Shown: one piece after another, positions 32,714 through 42,428 of the stretch
How the letters are laid out: the number at the start of each line of letters is the position of its first letter
How positions within the stretch are numbered: position 1 is the first letter of the stretch
DNA from: an uncultured Opitutales bacterium
GTDB taxonomy: Bacteria > Verrucomicrobiota > Verrucomicrobiia > Opitutales > JABDGR01
Length of the DNA stretch: 42,428 nt
NCBI GenBank assembly: GCA_964503425.1
Contig: CAZDAQ010000004.1
Span: 1 to 42,428 of the forward strand
Direction: 5' to 3'
Notes under the pieces: generated by a model
What the model saw: only the letters and a program-made list of their open reading frames with translations
What the model was told of the DNA's origin: nothing
The model's database searches: none
Translations under genes and position numbers: made by a program

Positions 32714-34330
32714 ATGCGCGCCATGTCTTTTCTAACATCCTGGATTTCCACCGCGCAGGCGTCGCTCGAGGAGTATCGGGTGGCGCGCTGGGCGCGGGGC
32801 GTGAACCGGGCGGTGCAAATAGGGCTGAGCCTGGCACTCGTGGCGGGGTTGAACGTCCTGGCATCGCGGCATTTCGAACGATGGGACCTGACGGAGGGCC
32901 ACCGCTATTCGCTCAGCGCTGAAACCCGCGCCTACTTGACCAACGGTTATCTGGACAAAAACGCGCACGTCAGCCAACAGGAGCCGATTGAGCTGATCCT
33001 GACGCTGCCCACCAGCCAGCCGGATGAAGAAAAGGCCCAGCAAATCGCAGCCATTTTGGGAGAGATGCGCGAATTGCTGCGCGAATATCAAAACGCCGCG
33101 CAGGGGGCGCTGGGCGGCCCCGTGCCGTTGGTGACCAAGGAAGTGGACACCTTCAAGCAAAGCCGGGACACGGAGATGTTGACACATGAAGGATTGGAGG
33201 CCGACACCGTACTGCTGGTGCGCCAGGGGCTGCGTTCGCATCCGCTCAAACTGACCGACCTTTACGAAATCAAGAGCACGGCGTCGGACCCGGGCCGACC
33301 CACGGCGTTCCTGGGCGAAAACGCGGTGACCGCGGCAATTCTCGACGTGATCCAGGCCAAACCGCAAAAAATTTACTTCACCCTCGGGCATGGAGAGATG
33401 CGTCTCGACGACGCCAATCCGGACCGGGGGCTGACGGAATTGCGGCAGGCGCTGCAGCAGCGCAATTTCGCAGTGTCTGAACTGGATTTGACGGCCGGTG
33501 GGGCCAAAGTGCCGGACGACGCCGCAATGATCGTGATCGCATCCCCCAAAATCCCGTTCGAACCGCAGGAGGTGGAGAAGTTGCGGACCTATTTGAACCA
33601 GCCGCACGGACCCGACCAGGTAAACGGGCGGGTGATGGCGCTGCTGAAGCCCGGGGAACACGCCGGTCTGGAGGATTTGTTTTACCAGTGGGGCATCCTC
33701 AGCGATGACGCGCTGGTAATTGACCCCAACGCTACGGACGAGGCCATGCAGGGCGACATGATCCTGGGCGGGTATGCGCCGGATCATCCCATCACCCGCT
33801 TTTTGGTGCAGAACCAGATTCACGTGCGGTTCGGCCCGACGCGACCGGTGCGCGAAGACTTGGCGGCGCCACTGGACGACCGGCGGCGGGTGACGCAGTT
33901 GCTCGGAACGACGAAGGAAGCCTGGGCCGAGCGCAACTACCGCACCGGCGATTTGAAATACACCAAAGGGGTGGATTTGCCGGGGCCGGTAAGCGTGGCG
34001 GCGCTGGCCGAGCAGCAATTGCTGGGCGCCGGGCAGCATTCCCAGGGTGTGGAGCTGCCCTTGACGGGCGGGCGGTTGATGGTGTTTGGCAACGCGGACT
34101 TCATCGGCAACCAGCGCTTCACCATGCTGGGCAACAGCTATCTATTCCTCAATACCGTGAACTACCTCCTGGATCGCCAAAACGTACTCAACATCCCCCC
34201 GAAGCTGCCGTTTGAATTCAAAGTAGGTTTGAGCCATGAGAATTTGGCGGGCCTGGCCTGGCGGTTTATGCTGCCGCCGGTACTGCTCGGGCTGCTGGGC
34301 ATTGGGGTGTATCTGGCCCGCCGCCGGTAG
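32714..34330 (+). CDS. GldG-like ABC-transport auxiliary component
   Basis: ORF track. N-terminal TM helix (VQIGLSLALVAGLNVLA), RWDLTEGHRYSLSAETRAYL, KIYFTLGHGE, and a C-terminal TM helix (FMLPPVLLGLLGIGVYLARRR), which is the GldG/ABC_transp_aux architecture. Confidence 0.8.
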   Translation: MRAMSFLTSWISTAQASLEEYRVARWARGVNRAVQIGLSLALVAGLNVLASRHFERWDLTEGHRYSLSAETRAYLTNGYLDKNAHVSQQEPIELILTLPTSQPDEEKAQQIAAILGEMRELLREYQNAAQGALGGPVPLVTKEVDTFKQSRDTEMLTHEGLEADTVLLVRQGLRSHPLKLTDLYEIKSTASDPGRPTAFLGENAVTAAILDVIQAKPQKIYFTLGHGEMRLDDANPDRGLTELRQALQQRNFAVSELDLTAGGAKVPDDAAMIVIASPKIPFEPQEVEKLRTYLNQPHGPDQVNGRVMALLKPGEHAGLEDLFYQWGILSDDALVIDPNATDEAMQGDMILGGYAPDHPITRFLVQNQIHVRFGPTRPVREDLAAPLDDRRRVTQLLGTTKEAWAERNYRTGDLKYTKGVDLPGPVSVAALAEQQLLGAGQHSQGVELPLTGGRLMVFGNADFIGNQRFTMLGNSYLFLNTVNYLLDRQNVLNIPPKLPFEFKVGLSHENLAGLAWRFMLPPVLLGLLGIGVYLARRR

Positions 34331-34335
34331 CTGGC

Positions 34336-36489
34336 ATGGCCTTCCCCGAACCAACGAAAAAAACTGAAAAACAACTTTCGCCCCGCCGGGTTTTTCCGGC
34401 CAAACTTCCACCACCCACTTCCCGGCCTGCCGTCATGCGCCTGAAATTCACCCTCGTCCTCCTCCTGGCCAATTTGGCCGTGTTTTTCCTGCTGTGGCGG
34501 CTGGATCGCCAGACGGAGGAGGTGTTGACGCCCTCCGGCCCGCTGACGGTGGACATGGTGGACCTGGATCAGATCCAGATCAGCGGTCCGCTGCTCCTGG
34601 AATCGCCGAAAGGCCGCGTGCTGGTGCGCGAGCATGGCGGCAACTGGCGCATCACCGAGCCGGTGCAGTGGCCGGCCAACGACTACGCCGTGCAAACGCT
34701 GATCAACCAGCTGGAGTTCCTGGAACAGGAGGCGAGCTTCCCGGCCGACCAACTGGCCAGCAGCAATCAAACCCTGGCCGATTACGGCCTGGCCGATCCC
34801 GGTTTGACGCTCACCTTGAGCGCGGGGACCCACCATGAAACGCTCTACGTCGGCGCGCCTACCAAACTGGGCGGGCGCCTGTATATCATGAATCCGGCCG
34901 ACCAGATGGTGCGCGTCGTGCCGCAGGAATTGTTGCAGGACTTGACTCTGCCGATGAAGGACCTGCGCAACGACCGCATTTTCACGCTGCCGTATTTTGA
35001 GGTGCAGGGGCTTTCGGTGCGCGGAGCCCCGCCGCCCGACAACGCGGGACTGGGCACCGGCGCGCCGTCCGCCGGCGGCCAGGGCCTCGGCGCGCCGAAG
35101 GTGACCTTGGTTAAAAAGGGCGACCAATGGGAGCTGGACACGCCGGTGCAATGCCCGGCGGACAGCCAGCTGGTGGGCGTCGTCGTCGCGCAACTGGATG
35201 CGCTGACAGTGACGGACTTTCTTCCGCCGGAAAAACAGGACGCGGCCCGGCAGGGCCTGACGAATCCCTCGATGCGGGTGACGCTCACCGGCAGCAGCGG
35301 CAGCCAGACTTTGCTGCTGGGCCAGCGGGTGGTACCGCTGACCACCGTCAACGGAAACTTGTCCGTCGCGCCAGCGCAATATTACGCGCAACTGGAGGGG
35401 CCGGCCGGGGGCGTCCCGCCGCCGATTTTCACCGTCGCGGCCGAGCCGTTTGAAATTTTGCAAAATGCGCAGGAGTCCTTGCGCGAGCGCAAATTCCTGT
35501 CCTTCGATCCGGCGGCGGTGTTGGCGGTGTCGCTGCAGTTCGACAACACCACCGTGAAGCTGCAAAAATCGGAAAGCGGCCTCTGGCAGGTGCTGCCGGG
35601 GCTGGATGCGGCGGATGCGGCAGTCGTGGCCGCACTGCTCGACAAGCTGCACGGGCTCGAGGCCGTCAGCTTTGCCAGCGACGCGCCGTCGAAGGACGAC
35701 CTGCACACGTTCGGGTTGGATAATCCGCAGCGGACGGTCACCTTGCAGACTTCACCGACGGACAAGCTGGTTTTCTCCCTGGGCATCAACTCTCAAGTGA
35801 CGCCGGTGCGCTATTATGTGCAGGTGCAGCCGCCGGCCGAGCCGTTTGTGTATGAGGTCGGCCCGGCGGTGCTGGGCTGGCTGCCCATGGATCCGTTGTA
35901 TTTCCGCGACCGCGTGCTGGAGGCGCTGCCGGCGGCTGCCGAGGTGCAGTCGGTGAAGCTCCTGGACCTCCTTTCGGACCAGCCGGTTTTCGCTTATGCG
36001 CTGGACGCGCAAAACACCACTTGGGAGGCTGCGCTGGCCAGCGCGCCGGAGCCGGTGCGCGCGGCGGTGCTAACACTGGAAAAGACCGTCCGCAAGTTCG
36101 AGGTCGCTTCCTACCTGCAGGGGAACTTCACCGCCAGTTACGGTTTGGACGCCAAAACGCCGACACCGTGGCGCTACGAACTGGTGGCGGACATACACCT
36201 GCCCGGGACGAATCCGGCGGCGGCGCAAACACCGCCGTGGATTTGCTATTTCACCGAGCGCCTCGGCGGGACGATGCAGCTCGGCGGCACACCGCAGCCA
36301 CCGATGATTTTCCGCCTGACGCAGCCAGTGATTGACGCGCTGAACACGCTCACCCTGGCGCGCACGCCGCCCGCGGTGATCCAAAAGGGGCTGGAGGGTA
36401 TGACCAAGCCCATTGACCCGCGCGCCTCCGCAGCGCCCGCGGCTCCGGCCAATCCTGCGCCCGCCACCGCGCCGGCCGCGCAACCCTAG
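34336..36489 (+). CDS. DUF4340-type protein with an N-terminal anchor
   Basis: ORF track (ATG 34336, 5 nt after the GldG-like stop; an alternative ATG at 34435 gives MRLKFTLVLLLANLAVFFLLW). Three repeats of the DUF4340-like pattern are present: GNWRITEPVQWPANDYAVQTLINQLEFLE, QWELDTPVQCPADSQLVGVVVAQLDALTVTDF, GLWQVLPGLDAADAAVVAALLDKLHGLEAVSF. Ala/Pro-rich C-terminal tail. Confidence 0.7.
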   Translation: MAFPEPTKKTEKQLSPRRVFPAKLPPPTSRPAVMRLKFTLVLLLANLAVFFLLWRLDRQTEEVLTPSGPLTVDMVDLDQIQISGPLLLESPKGRVLVREHGGNWRITEPVQWPANDYAVQTLINQLEFLEQEASFPADQLASSNQTLADYGLADPGLTLTLSAGTHHETLYVGAPTKLGGRLYIMNPADQMVRVVPQELLQDLTLPMKDLRNDRIFTLPYFEVQGLSVRGAPPPDNAGLGTGAPSAGGQGLGAPKVTLVKKGDQWELDTPVQCPADSQLVGVVVAQLDALTVTDFLPPEKQDAARQGLTNPSMRVTLTGSSGSQTLLLGQRVVPLTTVNGNLSVAPAQYYAQLEGPAGGVPPPIFTVAAEPFEILQNAQESLRERKFLSFDPAAVLAVSLQFDNTTVKLQKSESGLWQVLPGLDAADAAVVAALLDKLHGLEAVSFASDAPSKDDLHTFGLDNPQRTVTLQTSPTDKLVFSLGINSQVTPVRYYVQVQPPAEPFVYEVGPAVLGWLPMDPLYFRDRVLEALPAAAEVQSVKLLDLLSDQPVFAYALDAQNTTWEAALASAPEPVRAAVLTLEKTVRKFEVASYLQGNFTASYGLDAKTPTPWRYELVADIHLPGTNPAAAQTPPWICYFTERLGGTMQLGGTPQPPMIFRLTQPVIDALNTLTLARTPPAVIQKGLEGMTKPIDPRASAAPAAPANPAPATAPAAQP

Positions 36490-36496
36490 GCTCGCC

Positions 36497-39400
36497 GTGG
36501 CCACCACTCCGCCGATTGCCACCGCCCGTGCCCGGCCCCCCTGGTGGTTTCGGTTGTTGCGGGCTTTGCTGAATCTGGCGTTGGTGGTCTCTCTGGTGCT
36601 GCAAGGGCTGGCGTTCCTGCTATTGCGAACGCATCAGCCGCTGCAATTGCCGGACTTCGTGCGCAACGCCATCGAGGCGGGGTTACGCGCGCAAGGAGTG
36701 AGCGTGCGATTTTCCGCGATGGAGATCACTTTGACGGGCAGTCTGTGGCTGCGCGAGCCGAAGATCTACCTGGCGGGCACGCCCGACCCGGTGGCGGAGG
36801 CCGAGGCGCTGCAGATTCAGCCCGACTGGCTGGAACTGGCCTGGAGCCACAAGTTCGGGCTGAACCGGCTGGGCCTGCAAAACGCGCGGCTGTATTGCCC
36901 GCCGGAGATTTCCCCATCAGGGACGCGCGAGACCATCGTGGGGGATTTCGACCTCGTGGTGGCCAACACGGGCGGCGACTGGTGGCGGCTCGATTATTTG
37001 CGTGCGCGGATTCTCAACGCCCACATTCTGGCCCAGGGCACCTTTGTCGTGCCCGTGCGTCCGGTGGCACCGCCCGGCGTGCCGCCCGCGCCGGTGTCGG
37101 GCGGCCCGGCCGTCCCGCCCGGGAAACCGCTGGCGGCCGCACCGACGCTGGCGGCGCAATACCGGGCGCTGGCACGGCAGTTGGAGGGTATGCAGGAGAA
37201 TTTCGCCCTCGCGCAAAACCCGGCGGTCACGCTCCGCCTGGAGGGCGCGGATTCGGGGCACACGACCATCAAAGTCTTTGCGCAGGTGGACGGGGCGGAA
37301 CCACCGGTGGAAAACGCCAACCTGACGCTCGGGCGGCTGTGGGCGCGCGGCACGGCCGAGTGGGACGGGCGGACGGTGCGGGCCGCGGTGCCGGCGATCG
37401 TCTGGCTCGAGTCCCTGAAATTTGAGGAAAGCTCGGCGAAGGGCAAGGAGCGCGACACCGTCGCAGGTGGCCCGGCCTGGTTGCGCGTGCAACTGGCGGA
37501 CGGCGCGCAGGGCGTCTTTGGCCGCCCGTCGCAGGCGTGGTGCATCATTTCCCCGGTGACGGTCTATGGGCTGGCCTTCGACAGCATGGCGTCCGTGGTG
37601 AATTTGACCTCCGGGTCAAATATCGATTTTAATTATTATGCCGCGCGGGGGAACTACTGGCTGAAGGCGCAGGGGCAGGCCGATTTGCATACGCGGTCGG
37701 TGGCGTTGGATTTTGGCGCCTATGCCGATCCGGCGGTGGTCCTGGCAGCGGCCCGGCTGCAGATGCCGAAGGAGCTGGCCTCGCTCAAATTCGACCGGCC
37801 TCCGCGGTTGGACGGGCACATCACGCTGGCGCCGGACTTCAAGCCCGAGGCGCTGGACTTCGACCTGCAGACCGGCGGCGCGCACATTGACAACATCAAC
37901 CTGTATGCGCTGCAGGCGCGGGGGCGGCTCACGCCTGCGGATCTCAACGTCAAGAATGTTACTTTCTGGAATCCACAGTGGCGGGTGCAGGGAAGTTATT
38001 CGCAAAACCTCAAGACGCAGGACTTCCGCATTTTGGCCCGGGGCAACCTGAATCCCCTGACGCTCGATCCTTATATGGATACATGGTGGCCGCAGGTATG
38101 GGCCTTTGTCGTCCCCGGCGCGAGCTGGCCCCTGGCCGATATTGATTACCAGGGCTGCTGGGACAAGCTGGCCAACCAGACCCTGTTTGGCAGCGTGAGC
38201 CTGGCGGGGGGCCGGGCCAAGGGCGTGTTGATTGACGACCTGGCGCTGCGCATTTACCTGCGGCAGGACGTGGTGGGCGTTTACGATCTCGCCGCCAACG
38301 CGCATGGAGGCGGGGCGCTCACGGGCGCCATGCTGTGGATGAAAATGCCTCCGTATCACAAAAACTACGAGATACGCTACCTGTTTGACAGCACCCTGCC
38401 GCTGGCCTCGGCAGCGATGCTAGCGGGCAATGACGTGGTGGATTTGACTCGGCCGCTGGAATGCCCGACGCCGCCCCACCTTGTGGTGGATCTGCGCACC
38501 GGCGGCTCGGCCAATCCGCAGGCGAATGTCACAGTGACGAAACTCCAGGCCAGCCTGCCCGCGCCGTTCAAGGCCTACAACGTGCCGCTGGATTCGTTGC
38601 AGGGCAACGCGACCATCTACAACAGCTTTACCGACATTCCAGAACTGCATTTCGGCATTGCCGGCGGCCAGGTCGTGGCCACGGCGGCAATCAACCGCGT
38701 GAGCTCCGGCAATGAATTGGCGTTCAATGTCACCTTGATTGCCGGACACCATACCGGGGTACTGTATGCACTTAGTCAGATGAAGGACCCGGATGAGCAC
38801 ACTGCGCCGTCGCCGGCCAATGTCACCGTAGCGCCCGTGGGGGGGGCTCCGCCGCCCACCGGGGCCGCCGGAACGCCTGCGGCTCCGAAGTCCGCGGTCA
38901 ACGCGATGAACGACCTTACACGTCCGGGGAAAATGGATCTGACGATGGGTGCGCGGGTGCTCCTCGGTAACAAGGATTCCTTCGTGGCGGCCGGGCATGC
39001 GCGCGTTTACGAGGCCAAAATGGGGCAGTTGCAACTCTTCGGGCCATTGTCGAACATCCTGTCGGGCACGTTCATGCCCCTCGGTTCGTTTGACCTGAAC
39101 GCCGCGGAGAGCGATATCCAAATCGCGCATCAGTATGCCCGGTTCCCCAATTTGCGGATAGTGGGGCCGTCGGCGCGCGTGGTGTCGGCGGGGCTGTATA
39201 ATTTCAACAGCGAGCACTTGAATTTCACGGCGCTGTTCTTTCCACTGTCCTCGTGGAACGTGCCGGTGGTTTCGCAGATCATCAGCCTCTTCAGCAGCCT
39301 CAACAACACCGTGACGGTGAATTTGACCGGCACCCTGGACAACCCGGATTGGAGTCTGAACATGAATCCCGTGCGCATGTTCACGGCGAAGAACCTCGTG

Positions 39401-39574
39401 GCGCCCCCCATTCCCGGCTACCCAGCGAATGCCGACGGCAGCCCGGTCATTCCCCCGTTGCCGTTTCCGCCGCCGCCCCAGCCGGCGACACCCCTGTCCG
39501 CCCCGGTCCCAGGCCCTAATCCCGCAACGCCGTCAGGCCCCATCGGCCAGCCCCGCTTCACCCGAAACAATTGA
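36497..39574 (+). CDS. Large envelope protein with an N-terminal anchor, AsmA/TamB-like (tentative)
   Basis: ORF track 36413..39574. I prefer GTG 36497 (7 nt after the upstream stop), because the first 28 codons of the longer form are an out-of-frame reading of the upstream gene tail. Single TM helix (WWFRLLRALLNLALVVSLVLQGLAFLLL), about 950 aa with no catalytic motif, a C-terminal VTVNLTGTLDNPDWSLN like the AsmA/TamB C-terminal regions, then a ~55-aa Pro-rich tail. Confidence 0.45.
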   Translation: MATTPPIATARARPPWWFRLLRALLNLALVVSLVLQGLAFLLLRTHQPLQLPDFVRNAIEAGLRAQGVSVRFSAMEITLTGSLWLREPKIYLAGTPDPVAEAEALQIQPDWLELAWSHKFGLNRLGLQNARLYCPPEISPSGTRETIVGDFDLVVANTGGDWWRLDYLRARILNAHILAQGTFVVPVRPVAPPGVPPAPVSGGPAVPPGKPLAAAPTLAAQYRALARQLEGMQENFALAQNPAVTLRLEGADSGHTTIKVFAQVDGAEPPVENANLTLGRLWARGTAEWDGRTVRAAVPAIVWLESLKFEESSAKGKERDTVAGGPAWLRVQLADGAQGVFGRPSQAWCIISPVTVYGLAFDSMASVVNLTSGSNIDFNYYAARGNYWLKAQGQADLHTRSVALDFGAYADPAVVLAAARLQMPKELASLKFDRPPRLDGHITLAPDFKPEALDFDLQTGGAHIDNINLYALQARGRLTPADLNVKNVTFWNPQWRVQGSYSQNLKTQDFRILARGNLNPLTLDPYMDTWWPQVWAFVVPGASWPLADIDYQGCWDKLANQTLFGSVSLAGGRAKGVLIDDLALRIYLRQDVVGVYDLAANAHGGGALTGAMLWMKMPPYHKNYEIRYLFDSTLPLASAAMLAGNDVVDLTRPLECPTPPHLVVDLRTGGSANPQANVTVTKLQASLPAPFKAYNVPLDSLQGNATIYNSFTDIPELHFGIAGGQVVATAAINRVSSGNELAFNVTLIAGHHTGVLYALSQMKDPDEHTAPSPANVTVAPVGGAPPPTGAAGTPAAPKSAVNAMNDLTRPGKMDLTMGARVLLGNKDSFVAAGHARVYEAKMGQLQLFGPLSNILSGTFMPLGSFDLNAAESDIQIAHQYARFPNLRIVGPSARVVSAGLYNFNSEHLNFTALFFPLSSWNVPVVSQIISLFSSLNNTVTVNLTGTLDNPDWSLNMNPVRMFTAKNLVAPPIPGYPANADGSPVIPPLPFPPPPQPATPLSAPVPGPNPATPSGPIGQPRFTRNN

Positions 39575-39667
39575 CGGTTAATTTTCAGTGACGAAGCCGC
39601 GGGCTCGCCTCCGGGATTGGCAAGCGGTGCGGGACGTGCATGATGAGCCACGCAACCTGCCACTGCC

Positions 39668-40642
39668 ATGCCCCACGATCACGACCACGCCGACCATGAC
39701 TGTGGGCACGACCACGGCCACGCGGGCCATCACCACGAGCATGTTGACGTCTCGCAAGTACCGGCGCGGCGGTTGTTGCAGGCGCTGGGGATCAGCTCGG
39801 TCATCACGATTGCACAGGTGGTGGGCGGAGTGCTGGCCGGTTCGCTGGCGCTGTTGTCCGACGCCCTGCACACACTGACGGATGGCATCGCGCTGCTCGT
39901 CAGCTATGCGGCGCTGCGCCTGTCACGCCGGCCGGCGAGCGAGCAGTTCACTTTTGGGTTGAAGCGCGCGGAGACGCTGGCGGCGATTGTCAATTCGGGC
40001 GTGCTCATCGGCATCAGCCTGTGGCTGCTCTACGAAGCGGTGCACCGGCTGGTTTATCCGCCCGCGGAAGTCACCGGGTGGATCATGGTTTGCGTGGCTT
40101 CGGTGGGCCTCGTGGCGAACATTGCGAACACGCTGTTGCTGCGGCGCGGCGCGGAGAAAAACCTGAACATGCGTTCGGCCTATCTGCACGTGATGAGCGA
40201 TGGGGTGGTGAGCCTGGCGGTCATCCTCGGCGGCGCGGCCATCATGTATGACCCGGCGCTCAAATGGATTGACCCGGTGCTCACGTTTTTGATCTCGCTG
40301 TGGCTGATTTACGAGAGCTGGGCGATCGTGTGGAGCGGCACGCGCGTGCTGCTGATGAGCGCGCCGGACGACGTGCCGGTGCGCGAGATCCAGGAAGCGC
40401 TCGAGGCGCTGCCGGAGGTGCGCAACGTCCACCACGTGCACTTGTGGGTGCTCAACGACGAGTCCATCCATCTCGAGGCGCATGTGGACATTACCGACCG
40501 GCCGGTGAGCGAGACCGCGCCCTTGGGCGAAAAAATTGAAGAGTTGCTGCGCGAGAAATGGGGCGTCACGCATGTCACGCTGCAATTCGAGTGCGGGTGC
40601 TGCGGGGAAAAGCCCGCACTGGTCGTGAATCACGGCGATTAA
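39668..40642 (+). CDS. Cation diffusion facilitator (CzcD/ZitB-like) divalent-metal efflux transporter
   Basis: ORF track. His-rich N-terminus MPHDHDHADHDCGHDHGHAGHHHEH, TM2 SDALHTLTD and TM5 HVMSD metal-site motifs, and a C-terminal cytoplasmic domain. Confidence 0.9.
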   Translation: MPHDHDHADHDCGHDHGHAGHHHEHVDVSQVPARRLLQALGISSVITIAQVVGGVLAGSLALLSDALHTLTDGIALLVSYAALRLSRRPASEQFTFGLKRAETLAAIVNSGVLIGISLWLLYEAVHRLVYPPAEVTGWIMVCVASVGLVANIANTLLLRRGAEKNLNMRSAYLHVMSDGVVSLAVILGGAAIMYDPALKWIDPVLTFLISLWLIYESWAIVWSGTRVLLMSAPDDVPVREIQEALEALPEVRNVHHVHLWVLNDESIHLEAHVDITDRPVSETAPLGEKIEELLREKWGVTHVTLQFECGCCGEKPALVVNHGD

Positions 40643-40674
40643 GCCGCGCCTGACGGCAAGTCCCCCGAAATCAC

Positions 40675-42428
40675 TTAAGGGCCGGAAAGCGGGCGCGTGG
40701 GGTCCGGCTGGGGCTGGTTGCTGAAGACAACAAAAGGCCCGTCGGAAAACAACTTGTGGTTCGCGGCGTCGGGGTAGAGTTTCTGGAACGCGGGATATTG
40801 GTCGGCGGAGACAACGACGTAAACGCGCCCGGGACCGCGCAGGATTTCGAGGAAGGGGTTCATCAAGGTGGCGGTGATGGCGGCATGGGATGGTGGCGGG
40901 CTGGCCGGGAGCGCCAGGTAGGCGGCGAGGCCGGGGTAGCGGGGGGCGGCTTGCGCGGTCTCGAGCATCGCGCCGAATTTCTGCTCCTCCGGCATAGTGC
41001 CGGCGACGCCGATGGTTTCGTCCAGATACGCGGGCAGGTCCGAGAACGGGCCGTAATCCCAGAGGGTGAACACTCGGTCGCCTTGGAGCAGCCGGGGCTT
41101 GAGCCACGCCGCGACCGGCTCGGTCGAGGGCCGCTGCACAAATGAGGCGAGGGGGCTGAAGAACAGCAGGAATACCGCCAGCACGCCCAGCATGACGTGC
41201 AACCCACCGCGGGGATTTTCGGCGCGGCGGCAGGTGAGATACAGAATGGCCACGCCGCCCACGAGCAGCACAGTCGTCAGCATTTCCAGCCAGGGAAGGG
41301 CACCCCGCGGCACGGGCGGATTGTGTCTGAGCCTCGCCACAATGAGGGCGAGGGCCAGTACCAGGCCGAACACTCCCAGCGCGCGCACCGGCCAGCGCAA
41401 CGTGCCAGGCTCATGCAAGGCATCGGCCAGAAACCGCCCTGTTAAAAGGGCGAGCGCGGGCAGCAGCGGCAGGATGTAGGGAATGAGTTTCGAGCTCGAG
41501 GCGGAGAAAAACAGCAGCGGAAACAGCGCCCACAACAGCACGAGCAGCGTTTCGGGTTTGGTCTTCAGCTTTGTCCAGCCCCCGCCACAGGCGCTCCACA
41601 GGGTTTGGGGCAAAAAGGCCGTCCACGGCAGGAAGCCCGCTGGCAATATGAGAAAAAAGAACCAGAACGGCTGCACGCGTTCGCTGGTCGCCGGGTCCAC
41701 ATAGCGCAGCACATGTTCGTGCCAGAAGTAATACCATACAAAGCCCTGCCCGGCCCAGTCCTTCGTAAAAAAACGTCCCCAGCCGCCCGGCGGCGGGTTG
41801 GCGACTGCGGCGAGGATATGCCAGGGCAGCGCCATCACGAGCAGGAGCAGCAGACCCGTGCCCAGGCTGGCGTGGCGCAATTCGCGCCAGCGGTTTAACA
41901 GCAGCATCCACAGGAAAATAATCGCGCCGGGGATGAGCACGCCGATCAGCCCCTTCGTCAGCAGCGCCAGCGCCATGCTTGCATAAAAGGCGTAACAGAG
42001 CAGGCGGCGCTCCCGGCTTGGCGGCGCGCGCACGGCCAGCAAAAAGGCGCACAGCGCCCAGGCGATGAAGACCGACACCGCCATGTCCAGGATGATGATC
42101 TGCCCCAGCCCATAATAGAGCAGGCTGGTGCCCTGCACCCACGCGGCCCACCAGCCGGCATCACGGCCCCAAAGGGATCGGCCCGTGCCATACACGACCG
42201 CGCACCCGAGCAGCGCCAGCATCGCCGGCCAAAACCGCAGCGCCCACAGGTTCATGCCGCCGACGGACACCGCCCCGGCTTCCAGCCAGTAGAACAACGG
42301 GGGTTTTTCAAAATACAGCAGGCCATTCAGGTGCGGCGAAACCCAGTCGCCCGTCGCCACCATTTCGCGCGGGATTTCGACGTAGCGCCCTTCGTCGGGG
42401 TTGGTCAGCGGCCGCAGACCCAGCAGCG
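40675..42428 (-). CDS. ArnT-like (GT83/GT39-type) lipid- or protein-modifying glycosyltransferase; N-terminus cut by the window edge
   Basis: ORF track 40675..42363, but the frame stays open to the window end. It reads ..LLGLRPLTNPDEGRYVEIPREMVATGDWVSPHLNGLLYFEKPPLFYW, the conserved ArnT/PMT N-terminal loop. More than 10 TM helices. Confidence 0.85.
   Translation of the reverse strand, partial: LLGLRPLTNPDEGRYVEIPREMVATGDWVSPHLNGLLYFEKPPLFYWLEAGAVSVGGMNLWALRFWPAMLALLGCAVVYGTGRSLWGRDAGWWAAWVQGTSLLYYGLGQIIILDMAVSVFIAWALCAFLLAVRAPPSRERRLLCYAFYASMALALLTKGLIGVLIPGAIIFLWMLLLNRWRELRHASLGTGLLLLLVMALPWHILAAVANPPPGGWGRFFTKDWAGQGFVWYYFWHEHVLRYVDPATSERVQPFWFFFLILPAGFLPWTAFLPQTLWSACGGGWTKLKTKPETLLVLLWALFPLLFFSASSSKLIPYILPLLPALALLTGRFLADALHEPGTLRWPVRALGVFGLVLALALIVARLRHNPPVPRGALPWLEMLTTVLLVGGVAILYLTCRRAENPRGGLHVMLGVLAVFLLFFSPLASFVQRPSTEPVAAWLKPRLLQGDRVFTLWDYGPFSDLPAYLDETIGVAGTMPEEQKFGAMLETAQAAPRYPGLAAYLALPASPPPSHAAITATLMNPFLEILRGPGRVYVVVSADQYPAFQKLYPDAANHKLFSDGPFVVFSNQPQPDPTRPLSGP

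Noticed and set aside
36413-36496. ATG 36413 as the start of the AsmA-like gene (77-nt overlap with the DUF4340 gene).
   Set aside because: The extra 28 residues (MTRAPPQRPRLRPILRPPPRRPRNPRLA) look like an out-of-frame reading of the Ala/Pro-rich tail of the upstream gene. GTG 36497 sits just before the TM helix. This is not excluded, and N-terminal proteomics or ribosome profiling would decide.
39575-39667. A metal (czcD/NiCo-type) riboswitch in the CDF leader.
   Set aside because: The spacer is only 93 nt, and I could not recognise the conserved junction nucleotides or the four-helix arrangement. A covariance-model scan would be needed to settle it.

Overview
This is a 42.4-kb, visibly GC-rich (roughly 60-65% by eye, not computed) and densely coding bacterial chromosomal segment. 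I call 32 CDS; two run off the window edges. The gene content (a PEP-CTERM protein, a GldG/DUF4340 ABC cluster, PAS-rich kinases, a membrane-tethered ECF sigma factor, Arg-rich N-terminal membrane anchors) suggests a Verrucomicrobiota/PVC-type diderm, but that is inference only. Most genes are housekeeping: rlmN, a NupC-type nucleoside transporter, a LOG-family protein, waaA, an M16 peptidase, a metW-like gene, a 2-oxoacid dehydrogenase E2, queG, birA, coaX, a CDF metal exporter and an ArnT-like glycosyltransferase. I found no rRNA, tRNA, CRISPR array, transposase, integrase, reverse transcriptase or recognisable defence genes. Four regions are the best candidates for undescribed biology. (1) 30824-39574 is a tight five-gene operon joining a GldA/F/G-type ABC module to a DUF4340 protein and a 1026-aa AsmA/TamB-like envelope protein, possibly an ATP-driven trans-envelope lipid or polymer conduit. 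(2) 25447-29672 is a five-gene opposite-strand block between the normally adjacent birA and coaX. It contains an ECF sigma fused to a TM segment and a 300-aa periplasmic domain, an LTXXQ (Spy/CpxP-like) protein and an Xre-HTH/membrane-protein pair. (3) 3972-9680 is a translationally coupled kinase / receiver / hybrid-kinase triad with no output domain, a LOV-like PAS domain lacking the photoactive Cys, and a recent tandem PAS duplication. (4) 20941-22029 is an orphan protein with protein-kinase-like motif spacing. There are also smaller DNA-level oddities: an AT-rich island with a small ORF, a 7-bp phased GAAT repeat, a perfect 16-bp palindrome, a G9 tract in a signal peptide, and a His/Cys-rich upstream ORF at the CDF gene. 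All calls come from reading motifs by eye, and no searches were run.
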